IMG/VR virus record: IMGVR_UViG_3300045988_179183
DNA length: 64,000 nt
Direction: 5' to 3' (one strand)
DNA from: a virus
The first letter of the stretch is position 1. Each line of letters opens with the position of its first letter. The translations under genes were made by a program, and so were the position numbers. Of this stretch, positions 17,162 to 25,459 are shown piece by piece. Below the pieces are notes generated by a model. It saw only the letters and a list, made by a program, of their open reading frames with translations, was not told where the DNA came from and did no database searches.

Positions 17162-17759
17162 ACCGTTCACTTCTCAGAAACGATTCCAGATCCCTGAGTG
17201 ATTTCATAACCGCGTCAATCTTGGAAATGAATTTCTCAGTCAGTGCCATTCCTTCACTTTCTACCCCCGGTTGTGTTGAAATAAATCTTTCTTTGAACTC
17301 ACTGAAAGAAAGGATAGTGTACCCGGGTTTAAGACAGTAGGCTGGATAAAGGTTGCCGTTTTGTAAATTGAAGAAAGGAATTTCCTCGAGAAATCTCGAA
17401 TTTCTTATTTTCTGGCCCGTTACAGTTTGAAAATAATCTATACACGTGTCAACGTCGGATTGACTCTCGCATTGAACGCAAACCGTGTCACCCACATCCG
17501 CTTTCATGGTGCTCGTTATCACATCGATCATGGATAAAAAATCTTTCACATCCATGTTTAGAGGTCTGTCTTTCACATCTTCCATGGTGAGAACCTTGGC
17601 GTCCTTCACCGAGAAGAAAAACGGGTATTGACCGTTACACGTATACTGCTTCTTAACCGGGTAACCAACTTTTTTAGCACCCAGAACCACGTTCTGTAAA
17701 TCTTTAGGTTCACGTAGGATTATCACCCCGCCCTGATCTACGAATTCTTTTAAACTCAT
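17154..17759 (-). CDS. Hypothetical protein
   Basis: 201-aa ORF. No motif recognised. Confidence 0.5.
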   Translation of the reverse strand: MSLKEFVDQGGVIILREPKDLQNVVLGAKKVGYPVKKQYTCNGQYPFFFSVKDAKVLTMEDVKDRPLNMDVKDFLSMIDVITSTMKADVGDTVCVQCESQSDVDTCIDYFQTVTGQKIRNSRFLEEIPFFNLQNGNLYPAYCLKPGYTILSFSEFKERFISTQPGVESEGMALTEKFISKIDAVMKSLRDLESFLRSERYV

Positions 17760-17767
17760 CTTTTTAT

Positions 17768-17995
17768 TTATTCTATGTTAAAAACTAAAATATCATCTAT
17801 ACCTTTCAATATCGTCTCTGCTTCCGCCTTGTTCTTCACAGGGACGAGAAAAGAAGTTCGTGAAGTTACGATTTTTATTTTATATCTCTCGCTTTCGTTT
17901 GAGATATGTGAGTATTCCACCAAGCTGTAAGAATTAATGGTCGAGATTCGAACTCTTGTATCGCCGACCTTGATAAAATAAGAATTACCTTTCAT
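17768..17995 (-). CDS. Hypothetical protein
   Basis: 75-aa ORF. Confidence 0.45.
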   Translation of the reverse strand: MKGNSYFIKVGDTRVRISTINSYSLVEYSHISNESERYKIKIVTSRTSFLVPVKNKAEAETILKGIDDILVFNIE

Positions 17996-18028
17996 TTCAC
18001 TTTATTTTATGGATTAAAATTTCTATGA

Positions 18029-18190
18029 TCATAACGATGTTTTCCGATTCACGAAAAACCCCACGCCCAGGAAGAAAAATGTCAATGCCAACCACCAAAA
18101 TTCATAACGAGGTTCCTCGTAAAACATAGGTCTCACACATTGAAAACAGGCGTAAAATGACGCCAAGCTGAGAAAAATTTTTGTCTTCAT
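18029..18190 (-). CDS. Small membrane protein
   Basis: Track ORF 18029..18247 trimmed to ATG 18190 (MKTKIFLSLASFY...), because the promoter 18218-18248 lies inside the longer version. Confidence 0.45.
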   Translation of the reverse strand: MKTKIFLSLASFYACFQCVRPMFYEEPRYEFWWLALTFFFLGVGFFVNRKTSL

Positions 18191-18217
18191 AATTTTCAGT
18201 TCTTTATTTTGTTCATC

Positions 18218-18248
18218 TAAAGATACATAAACAAAGTGTATTCTCAAA
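18218..18248 (-). promoter_or_regulatory. Promoter (-33 TTTG / -7 TATCTTTA)
   Basis: Minus-strand reading: TTTG-N19-TATCTTTA, 27 nt upstream of ATG 18190. Confidence 0.55.
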
Positions 18249-18263
18249 CTTTTTCATGAGAAA

Positions 18264-18614
18264 TTATTCAAGAATTTCGTACCCGGCGAGCTTCAATGAA
18301 GTCACGGAGATGTACCATTCATTCTCGGAAGGTACGCGGATAACACCGTTTGAATCCTGGGTGGCGAGAAGTATTTTACCGTCAAAATCTCTCCTAAGCT
18401 GGTAATATCTCGTCTTCGATTCATTTTCTTCTTGATGGTCTACCCGAAATTCAGCCCTTAATTCATCTTCATTCAATGACGAGATATAACGCGTCAGTTC
18501 GTTAACCCTTGATTTAAGGATGGCGTTCTCCGCCTCCAACTCCTCGCATCGATTTCGTAAACGTGAAAGTTCACCGTATTCCTTCAATGTCGCCATCTTT
18601 TCCCTCCTTTTCAA
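18264..18614 (-). CDS. Hypothetical coiled-coil protein
   Basis: 116-aa ORF with an N-terminal heptad-like region. Confidence 0.5.
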   Translation of the reverse strand: MKRREKMATLKEYGELSRLRNRCEELEAENAILKSRVNELTRYISSLNEDELRAEFRVDHQEENESKTRYYQLRRDFDGKILLATQDSNGVIRVPSENEWYISVTSLKLAGYEILE

Positions 18615-18807
18615 TTATCCTGATGATCGCATCCTGTCTGTATTTCATGTACAATGACTCCCATATCAGAACGATTAACAGGGAGGCGGGGAACCAATCG
18701 ATTATACCGATAATTACGTCGATGATAAACAAAATGATCAATACGATCATCCACGGTATCGTCTCGAAGAAACAGCTTCGAGATATATCATTTCTTTTCA
18801 TGTTCAT
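18571..18807 (-). CDS. Small membrane protein
   Basis: Two hydrophobic segments (IPWMIVLIILFIIDVIIGIIDWFPASLLIVLIW). Confidence 0.45.
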   Translation of the reverse strand: MNMKRNDISRSCFFETIPWMIVLIILFIIDVIIGIIDWFPASLLIVLIWESLYMKYRQDAIIRIIEKEGKDGDIEGIR

Positions 18808-18810
18808 TTT

Positions 18811-19023
18811 TCAATATTGATCAATTAACTTAAACACAACATTCTTCCCATCCTTTCGAAGCATCGCTTCGCAGTGACCAATATGTCTCATAACACGAAC
18901 ACATTCCGAGTACGATTTATCTTTCAGGAAACATTCTTTACACCCATCTTTCTCAATACAAACTAGGTGGAGTCTCTTCCGTCCGAAGAGGAATTTCTCA
19001 CCGATCTTTTTCTCGTTTTCCAT
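18811..19023 (-). CDS. Cys-rich small protein, family member 1 of 3
   Basis: KIGEKFLFGRKRLHLVCIEKDGCKECF...C...C...DGKNVVF. Paralogous to 24320..24550 and 24543..24755. Confidence 0.55.
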   Translation of the reverse strand: MENEKKIGEKFLFGRKRLHLVCIEKDGCKECFLKDKSYSECVRVMRHIGHCEAMLRKDGKNVVFKLIDQY

Positions 19024-19041
19024 GACATTCTATTTTTGGAT

Positions 19042-19077
19042 GAATGTTATTATATATTATAATATATAATAACATTC
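19042..19077. repeat. 36-bp perfect AT-rich palindrome
   Basis: gaatgttattatatatta|taatatataataacattc; checked base by base. Lies 18 nt upstream of ATG 19023. Confidence 0.95.
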
Positions 19078-19096
19078 AAGGGTTTCATCCTAATAA

Positions 19097-19342
19097 TCAA
19101 AATTCGACCAGAATCAGTCTCTTCTTAGATATCTTACCATCGATTTTCTCATGTACCCACATGTGGTGGGCACCGAACCCCCACTCGAAGTAGATTTTAT
19201 ACCAATCCACTTTCTTACCCGAAAATGCATCTCTCAATTCACTCTCGTTCTCGCAAGCGTTGATGCGGTTCAATATGCTGATTAACACTTCTAATTTCTC
19301 TAATTCCGTGTAACTGATTCTGCTTTCAACTTGTGCTTTCAT
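19097..19342 (-). CDS. Hypothetical protein
   Basis: 81-aa ORF behind promoter 19387-19418 and the conserved leader. Confidence 0.5.
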   Translation of the reverse strand: MKAQVESRISYTELEKLEVLISILNRINACENESELRDAFSGKKVDWYKIYFEWGFGAHHMWVHEKIDGKISKKRLILVEF

Positions 19343-19386
19343 ATATCTTCCATTTTTGGTTTGTTATCTCATTATTTTCAACACTA

Positions 19387-19418
19387 TAAAGATACACAAT
19401 GTTTATCTATTCTCCAAA
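19387..19418 (-). promoter_or_regulatory. Promoter (-33 TTTG / -7 TATCTTTA) with extended cassette
   Basis: TTTG-N20-TATCTTTA. GATACACAATGTTTATC imperfect inverted repeat. An upstream TCATGTAACATGA inverted repeat lies at 19436-19448. Confidence 0.65.
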
Positions 19419-19453
19419 TGTTTTCACGGAAAAGTTCATGTAACATGAGAAAA

Positions 19454-19984
19454 TTATTTCACGTAATCATCCGGCCGGTATTCCTTATCGTTATACACCA
19501 TCTTCCATCCACTTTGTTTCATCGTACACCCGATAGAATAGGGTTGAACGCCATGGGTGTCGACACTCATTTCCCTGGCGAAGGAAAGAGTGAAAGGAAA
19601 CGCTTTCAAGTCATTCTCAGCCAATATCTTGAATCCGTGTTCAAGGATAGCACGAACCTCGTCCCTGGTTTTCTCCTCACCCATAACCATGTACAACCTA
19701 CCGGAATGAATGAAATTGTGGCAGTAATGGCATAGAGGGACGATATCCGTGACGGTTCCCACCCCGTTCTCATAATCAAACTGCCACATCTCATGAGCTT
19801 CCAACCTTCCCGTTTCCGTCATGAAAGCGGGTCTCCCGCATGCGATACAGCAATTTCCACTCGATTGATACGCCGCCTGCCGTTTCATGTTCCACCACGA
19901 TTCGCCGAAAACAACCCGGGGTGCCATCCCGTGTAAGGGAGTTGGAACGTTAGGCTGGCATAATATTTCAGGCTTCAGTTTCAT
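19454..19984 (-). CDS. HNH-type nuclease-like protein
   Basis: CIACGRP...LEAHEMW...VPLCHYCHNFIH (CxxC ... H ... CxxCHxxxH) arrangement. Confidence 0.45.
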   Translation of the reverse strand: MKLKPEILCQPNVPTPLHGMAPRVVFGESWWNMKRQAAYQSSGNCCIACGRPAFMTETGRLEAHEMWQFDYENGVGTVTDIVPLCHYCHNFIHSGRLYMVMGEEKTRDEVRAILEHGFKILAENDLKAFPFTLSFAREMSVDTHGVQPYSIGCTMKQSGWKMVYNDKEYRPDDYVK

Positions 19985-20151
19985 AATTTACCGAGTTTAT
20001 CGTAGAATTTGTCGATAAAATCAAACGGAGCCACCTCGCTCTCATCGCCCAGAATGATGTAACTGAATGCGGGTATGATAAGACTGAGTATAAACACGAT
20101 AGGTGATAGAATAACCCCCAGAAATCTAAGAAAAATAACAAGACATCTCAT
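19981..20151 (-). CDS. Small membrane protein (56 aa, below the ORF-track cutoff)
   Basis: My translation: MRCLVIFLRFLGVILSPIVFILSLIIPAFSYIILG... ATGA overlap with the next gene. Confidence 0.4.
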   Translation of the reverse strand: MRCLVIFLRFLGVILSPIVFILSLIIPAFSYIILGDESEVAPFDFIDKFYDKLGKL

Positions 20152-20162
20152 ATCATCTAAAA

Positions 20163-21098
20163 TTAAAAAGGTAAATCTTCATTGTCGGGGACGATCTCTT
20201 TCCTCATTTTATAGTTTTCAAACGTTTTAGCGAGGAGTTTATGATCCCGGTTAAGAATGTTAAACAATTCAAACTCGGCGCATTCAACACAATCCCCGAC
20301 AGGTAAAATACTGGGATTATCGTTGCCGAAATCTTTTCCCCTCTCATCCACGAAATAAGTCCTCGAGGGTCGGTGAAGGTAATAGTACATGTTTTTAGTC
20401 GAAGGTCGTGTACCTATATAGTGGAATGTATGACCGAAATCGAGGTACCTCTCACCTTCCTGCCATAACTCACATACCTCGTCAACCGAATCTTTTTTGC
20501 ATTCACCCACGGAGATGTGATGCGTTTCCCTTTTCACCCGGTCCGCGTACACCTCGTCATTATCCATGTCATAGAAATAATACAATTTCAATTTCTTCTC
20601 TTCTTTGAGGGGGATATCCAACTCATACCCGTTCTGATTCTTGTAAGATGCGAGGTAATCAGCCACGTTATTGCCGAGAACGATTTCGTTATCCAAGTTA
20701 TCTTGGTGCCCTTTCACATGAACATACGACTTTAACACCTTTTCCGTTCGGTTCAATTCCGTGAGAACTTTTTCCCAGAGATCCCGGTTCTTCACCGGCC
20801 CGGCGTAACCCATCCAATTATTCTCCAACCATGAGGGCATGTATTCTAAGACGCTTTTCATGACGTACTCCGAATCCATGTAGAAGGTGGCGGAAATCGG
20901 TTCGTTCTCCAAGTGTTGGAGTGCTAGGAGAAAGGCGTGAATCTCGGCCCTGCCGGTTTTCGTGTTCTCCCACCCTTTCGATAACATCAATTCCCGGCCG
21001 TCATCCCACACCATGTACACACCGCTACCACCCAGTTTATTATCCTTGAGGGTGGCAGAGCCATCCGTCCATATTTTAACGCTTTTCATCTCTTTCAA
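20163..21098 (-). CDS. rnhA: RNase HI fused to a ~150-aa C-terminal domain of unknown function
   Basis: VKIWTDGS ... RAEIHAFLLAL ... YMDSEYV ... VKGHQDN..N..AD follows the RNase HI D-E-D-D pattern. The C-terminus has two similar YY...Y.D...VG(E/D)C segments. Confidence 0.8.
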   Translation of the reverse strand: MKEMKSVKIWTDGSATLKDNKLGGSGVYMVWDDGRELMLSKGWENTKTGRAEIHAFLLALQHLENEPISATFYMDSEYVMKSVLEYMPSWLENNWMGYAGPVKNRDLWEKVLTELNRTEKVLKSYVHVKGHQDNLDNEIVLGNNVADYLASYKNQNGYELDIPLKEEKKLKLYYFYDMDNDEVYADRVKRETHHISVGECKKDSVDEVCELWQEGERYLDFGHTFHYIGTRPSTKNMYYYLHRPSRTYFVDERGKDFGNDNPSILPVGDCVECAEFELFNILNRDHKLLAKTFENYKMRKEIVPDNEDLPF

Positions 21099-21315
21099 AA
21101 TTTAGATTGCAATCCTCGCAATGATAATATTCCATGTATTTGATCTTCGATGTTCTATCACTCTTACATCTCGGACACCGAGGGTGACGTTTCCGAAAAA
21201 CCTCGATCACGTAACAGTAGGCGATAACTAAGATCACCCATAATGTAAACGCGACTGTTATCACGATGTGAACTATTTTGGAGGGATCGACATCAACCAT
21301 TTTGCCTTCCATCAT
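21076..21315 (-). CDS. TM plus zinc-ribbon small protein
   Basis: Hydrophobic IVITVAFTLWVILVIAYCYVI followed by CPRC...CEDC. Confidence 0.5.
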   Translation of the reverse strand: MMEGKMVDVDPSKIVHIVITVAFTLWVILVIAYCYVIEVFRKRHPRCPRCKSDRTSKIKYMEYYHCEDCNLNFERDEKR

Positions 21316-21698
21316 TTAAAATTTTTAGGGTCAACGAAATAGAGGTCCTTATCGTATATACAATCGGCGAGAAACCGGGCCTCATCACCTTTAACTTTTT
21401 CGAGAATCACAGTCGGACAGAGGGTGAGACCGGTTCCTCGACTTTCATGTGCCTCGTGAATGACGGCGATGACCCTGAAAAATTCAACCTCGCGAACGTA
21501 ATCCCTGCCATCCTCCGTTTGTTCGTTACATCCCTCTTCGTCTTGGTAGAATTCGAGTGTATCCTGGGAGATAATCTCACCGACTCTCGGTGTGAAGTTC
21601 ACATGTCTCTCATCCATCTCTTCACGCGAGATGATGTTACCTTTACTATCTCGCTCTATCAGAGCCAGATAAACCTCTTGAAGAAAGCTTCCTGCCAT
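21312..21698 (-). CDS. Hypothetical protein
   Basis: Track ORF 21312..21752 trimmed. ATG 21752 lies inside the promoter box. ATG 21698 (MAGSFLQ...) gives the usual ~43-nt leader; ATG 21728 is an alternative. Confidence 0.45.
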   Translation of the reverse strand: MAGSFLQEVYLALIERDSKGNIISREEMDERHVNFTPRVGEIISQDTLEFYQDEEGCNEQTEDGRDYVREVEFFRVIAVIHEAHESRGTGLTLCPTVILEKVKGDEARFLADCIYDKDLYFVDPKNFK

Positions 21699-21741
21699 TT
21701 TCTTTGTTTTTAAGTTGTTATTCTTCATTGTTTCAACACCA

Positions 21742-21776
21742 TAAAGATACACAATGTTTATCTATTCTCCAACAAA
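21742..21776 (-). promoter_or_regulatory. Promoter (-33 / -7 TATCTTTA) with extended cassette
   Basis: Same cassette as 19387 and 26281 (caacaccataaagatacacaatgtttatctattctccaa). Confidence 0.6.
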
Positions 21777-21790
21777 AATCAGGAAAAAGT

Positions 21791-22035
21791 TCATGTAACA
21801 TGTCATTTTATCATGTCTTCATTTCTCATGATTCTGGTAAGTGTCATGTTTTCATGTTCACCCTCTTTTGGGTGAGACAAAACCCCGGTGGAAAATTTGA
21901 CTCGCCCCTTCATAATCAACAAGTTAATTTTTCTCATGTTTTCGCGATAAATACATTGTTCATCCCGAAATTTTAAACTTCGTTACCCATTACTGGTGTT
22001 ACCCTGCGTGAAAGCCGATTTATATCAGTTCATGT
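21791..22035. repeat. Cluster of TCATGT hexamers in a non-coding region
   Basis: TCATGT at 21791, 21811, 21844, 21852, 21933 and 22030, plus ACATGT at 21798 and TCATGA at 21826. Confidence 0.85.
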
Positions 22036-22066
22036 ACCGTGATTGAATTACCCGTTTTAACCAGGG

Positions 22067-22102
22067 ATGATGTATTATATTATATATAATATAATACATC
22101 AT
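22067..22102. repeat. 36-bp perfect AT-rich palindrome
   Basis: atgatgtattatattata|tataatataatacatcat; checked base by base. Followed by ttcatcc, as is the 19042 palindrome. Confidence 0.95.
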
Positions 22103-22110
22103 TTTCATCC

Positions 22111-22142
22111 AAATAAAAATGAGAGGGCGGGGAAGCCCTCTC
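22111..22142 (-). terminator. Rho-independent terminator after 22240..22512
   Basis: gagagggc/gccctctc 8-bp stem, 6-nt loop, then ATTTTTATTT on the minus strand. Confidence 0.65.
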
Positions 22143-22239
22143 ACTGTCAAAATTAGCGCTATGATAATCATACACGTCTCACGACGATACCAGTATGATA
22201 GACACTCTAAACATATCTATATAATAGAAAAGAAAATAA

Positions 22240-22512
22240 TTAACTAACAGCATTCTTTATATAACTGATAATATCGTCAATATCAATCATCTCACTGACG
22301 TGTTCATGGTTCAACTCCGCCTTCAATCTAGTGAAGAACGCCTGACCCAGTTCATCATCATCCCCGAACGTGAACCTACACGGTTTCGGCAAATGTTTCA
22401 TGTACACTAGAACCTCGCACTGGGTGTACCCGTTGAACCACCTTTTCTTCCTCGATGGGTTCATCTCGATCCCGTAAATATCTGATTTTCTGATCATTAT
22501 CTTCTTCGTCAT
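22240..22512 (-). CDS. Hypothetical protein
   Basis: 90-aa ORF. Confidence 0.5.
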   Translation of the reverse strand: MTKKIMIRKSDIYGIEMNPSRKKRWFNGYTQCEVLVYMKHLPKPCRFTFGDDDELGQAFFTRLKAELNHEHVSEMIDIDDIISYIKNAVS

Positions 22513-22581
22513 ACCTTGTACCCGTTAAATTTCGTTAAAATACGTAATCGTTCATCCACTTGGCCCGTTCCGTGAACCCTC

Positions 22582-22779
22582 CTATCTCTCAACGGTTAAT
22601 CCCACGCTCCTCATCTTATCCACCAACACACCTTCCACGGTTTCCCTCATGTTGAACAGGGTTTCGAATTCCCATCCCTTACCCATCCGGGTGGCCCTGT
22701 CCATTCTCTCTTTCAGATAATCCATGATGGCTTTCAGATCACTGATCGATTTCACCTGTAATTTCTCTTCCAGCTTCAT
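22582..22779 (-). CDS. Hypothetical protein
   Basis: 65-aa ORF, 30 nt downstream of promoter 22810. Confidence 0.5.
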   Translation of the reverse strand: MKLEEKLQVKSISDLKAIMDYLKERMDRATRMGKGWEFETLFNMRETVEGVLVDKMRSVGLTVER

Positions 22780-22809
22780 AATTTTCTTCCTTTTCGTTCT
22801 TTCAATGTC

Positions 22810-22841
22810 TAAAGATACACAATGTTTATTTATTCTCCAAA
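22810..22841 (-). promoter_or_regulatory. Promoter (-33 TTTG / -7 TATCTTTA)
   Basis: TTTG-N20-TATCTTTA; the inverted repeat is GATACACAATGTTTATT. Confidence 0.6.
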
Positions 22842-22968
22842 TTTTTCTCTGAGAAAATAACGTAAAATTTGATTTTTCTCGTTTTATCCTGTCTTTCCCT
22901 TCTTTCCACCGATATTCTGATAGAATTACTCGATCGTTGACTCTTCCCTTTTCAAAGACGAGATAAAA

Positions 22969-24246
22969 CTACTTATCATTACTTTCCTCGCCGTCCTTTT
23001 TCTTTCCTTTCATCTTGTGATACCGTTGTCTTCGATACTCCCTCATCTTCGCGGTCTTCTCATCTTCCGGACCCCTTTCCACCTTTCTCTGACGGTAAAC
23101 CCTTTTCGTGATATCGTTCACGGAAGTTATCTCCTTTTTATCCGCGTCAATTTCTTCCTTCGAGGGGCCCTTTTTCAGAAGTTCCAGTAGCTTGGATCTA
23201 CCCTCTTCGACTTTTACCACCTCCCTCTCTTCCACGACGATAGCGTCCTCGATGGGTGATATTTCGTTGGATTGCGTCATCACCCTTCCCGCCAGTTCAT
23301 CCCACGATGTGTTCCGGATTATGTCACCCGGTAGTTGGATATCCTTGCCGTCGAGGAAATTCGCGTTATATCCGTTATGATCCTTGTAGTAGGAGGATGC
23401 CAGCTGCCCTATGATCGTTGCCGGGTTGATTCCCGCCTTCGCCGCGACTAACCCTATCACTATCATGTTAATAGGGAGTTTCTGGAGGGCCTCCGCCACG
23501 TTATCCTGACCGTGAATCATGGCGTTTATATCGATCTTCCCATCGACCGTTAAAAACAGCTGTTCACCCTTACACTCTTTCCGAGCCTGCTCCAGAACTT
23601 TTCGTATCTCCGTTGAATACGAGATCTTCTCCTCTTGGCTGAACTTCATCCTCCATGTGAGAAGTAACTCGTTGAGGACCTGTAATCTACCCGTTTCCGT
23701 CGCTATGAAGAAATCCTTCTTCGAATCTATGAATTTCAGCTTTCTCCTCTCTATCGTTTCCCGGTTATCTTGGTAGAATACTTTCAACAAAGTCGGTGAT
23801 ACCGAGTATCCTTTCTTCACTTTCAGGACGTTAATGATATCATTAACGGTGTAGAACTGGGCGAACAAATCGATGATTTCATCCGCGTGTTCCACGATTG
23901 CCGGGCTGTATTTCGTTCCGAACAGACCTTTGATCTTACCTTTATGAGCGCTCATCCTTCGTATGATAGGAAGGGCGTAAGTGTTCCTATGTTGTACCGC
24001 GGCTTCCGCCTGCTCATCGGTTCCGCCCTGTTTCTTGACGGATAATCTCACGTTCACTGTGTTAGTGTCGACCGAGCACTCCACCCCCTGCCGGTTTGTG
24101 AAATGGAAGTACCGTTCCGGGAACGTTTCCCAGTACCGTTTCAGAAGCTCATATTCGATGTAATGTTCTTGGATTTCATCCTTCTGACCTTTTATGTAAT
24201 CAGGGAGGTTCTCCCTAATCGTCTCTCTTAATTCTTGTATCTCCAT
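22969..24246 (-). CDS. Hypothetical 425-aa protein with a possible HTH and a highly charged C-terminus
   Basis: Long ORF with its own promoter. FYTVNDIINVLKVKKGYSVSPTLLKVF is HTH-like. No firm family call. Confidence 0.5.
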   Translation of the reverse strand: MEIQELRETIRENLPDYIKGQKDEIQEHYIEYELLKRYWETFPERYFHFTNRQGVECSVDTNTVNVRLSVKKQGGTDEQAEAAVQHRNTYALPIIRRMSAHKGKIKGLFGTKYSPAIVEHADEIIDLFAQFYTVNDIINVLKVKKGYSVSPTLLKVFYQDNRETIERRKLKFIDSKKDFFIATETGRLQVLNELLLTWRMKFSQEEKISYSTEIRKVLEQARKECKGEQLFLTVDGKIDINAMIHGQDNVAEALQKLPINMIVIGLVAAKAGINPATIIGQLASSYYKDHNGYNANFLDGKDIQLPGDIIRNTSWDELAGRVMTQSNEISPIEDAIVVEEREVVKVEEGRSKLLELLKKGPSKEEIDADKKEITSVNDITKRVYRQRKVERGPEDEKTAKMREYRRQRYHKMKGKKKDGEESNDK

Positions 24247-24272
24247 ATGGTGTGTTACTCTGATTTAATAAG

Positions 24273-24304
24273 TAAAGATACACTTTTTACACTAACTCCC
24301 CCAA
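24273..24304 (-). promoter_or_regulatory. Promoter (-7 TATCTTTA, weaker -33)
   Basis: TTGG-N21-TATCTTTA, 26 nt upstream of ATG 24246. Confidence 0.5.
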
Positions 24305-24319
24305 TAATCCGTCGAATTT

Positions 24320-24550
24320 TCACGAATCCTCCTCGCTGTTATCACACACCTCTCCCACTTTTTCAAAGAAGACATGTTCACGATCATCTCTTTCCACGCC
24401 ACTGCATGCCCCCACCATTTCTGACGTGAACACAGTGCAGGAAGATCCTTTATCAAAAAAATAACATTTCGTACAATCACTTCCTTTTGTACACCTTAAC
24501 AACACCCGACCTAGCTCGAATATCGTACCCACTTTGAATTCTTTAACCAT
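24320..24550 (-). CDS. Cys-rich small protein, family member 2 of 3
   Basis: FKVGTIFELGRVLLRCTKGSDCTKCYF...C...C...REHVFF. Confidence 0.55.
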   Translation of the reverse strand: MVKEFKVGTIFELGRVLLRCTKGSDCTKCYFFDKGSSCTVFTSEMVGACSGVERDDREHVFFEKVGEVCDNSEEDS

Positions 24551-24755
24551 TGTTCTCTTCTTTTAATTCAATAAATATCACGTTCTTGTGATCCGATCTT
24601 TTATTCCAATTACATTCTCCAATACATGATATGCAATACGCAAAGCTTAATAAGAAACATCCAGTACAATCGCTTGGAGCTTCCACGCATTTCAGTTTAA
24701 TTTTCCCGAATTGGAACACTTCGCCTACTTTATATTCTTCCATTTTTAATATCAA
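24543..24755 (-). CDS. Cys-rich small protein, family member 3 of 3
   Basis: YKVGEVFQFGKIKLKCVEAPSDCTGCFL...C..C..C...HKNVIF. Confidence 0.55.
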   Translation of the reverse strand: MILKMEEYKVGEVFQFGKIKLKCVEAPSDCTGCFLLSFAYCISCIGECNWNKRSDHKNVIFIELKEENNG

Positions 24756-24984
24756 TTACTAATCTTTTAAATTCTTCTTCGGTATCGCAAATAGTGAACT
24801 CATTTGCATCATCATCTGTATCATAACGAAGGCCATCACTATACATTACCATTTCTCCATTACAATTAGGATACGGGGCGGTCAGTCCTTGACGTTCGCA
24901 ATCTGGGTAAGTTTCAGGGATCAGTCCTTGACTTTTTAACCATTCTCTCAGTTCGGGAGTGTTCTCGTTAAAATATGCTTCCAT
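24730..24984 (-). CDS. Hypothetical protein
   Basis: 84-aa ORF in a tight array. Confidence 0.45.
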   Translation of the reverse strand: MEAYFNENTPELREWLKSQGLIPETYPDCERQGLTAPYPNCNGEMVMYSDGLRYDTDDDANEFTICDTEEEFKRLVIDIKNGRI

Positions 24985-24986
24985 GA

Positions 24987-25220
24987 TTATTTTGATTTAA
25001 GTGAACTCCAATCCCTGTTATCCTTGGATGGAAATATCAAACATTCTCCGTTGGTGTTGTACGCGCCATCCTTATTTAACACCATTCTATCATGGCTGTC
25101 ACTGATGATTATTTTACCGTATACTTCATCAAGATAAACAATACATCCACCGAATATTGGAGACCAACCCTCGAATACTCCCAATTCTTTTATTCTATCA
25201 TATACTGTCATAATTAGCAT
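24987..25220 (-). CDS. Hypothetical protein
   Basis: 77-aa ORF. Confidence 0.45.
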   Translation of the reverse strand: MLIMTVYDRIKELGVFEGWSPIFGGCIVYLDEVYGKIIISDSHDRMVLNKDGAYNTNGECLIFPSKDNRDWSSLKSK

Positions 25221-25257
25221 CCTTTAATATTCGATAAAACCTTTAGGAAAATGTTCT

Positions 25258-25455
25258 TTATTTTAACTTCTCTTTGAGTGGTGCTTCTAATTTCTTTGCC
25301 TTTTCTCTCATTGACATCCCGATCTCATCTATGTAATGTATGATCAATTGTGCGTCATCGGTAGAATACACGCTCCAATCGCAATTATTAACCATCTCGT
25401 CAACGAGACTGGCAAAATAATTGTAAGCTATTGATTTCGCCTTTCTCTTATTCAT
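25258..25455 (-). CDS. Hypothetical protein
   Basis: 65-aa ORF. Confidence 0.45.
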   Translation of the reverse strand: MNKRKAKSIAYNYFASLVDEMVNNCDWSVYSTDDAQLIIHYIDEIGMSMREKAKKLEAPLKEKLK

Positions 25456-25459
25456 AAAG

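Noticed and set aside
22969-24246. Calling the 425-aa protein the small terminase
   Set aside because: It has only an HTH-like stretch and a charged tail. It is 35 kb from terL and larger than typical TerS proteins. There is not enough evidence, so it is left as hypothetical.
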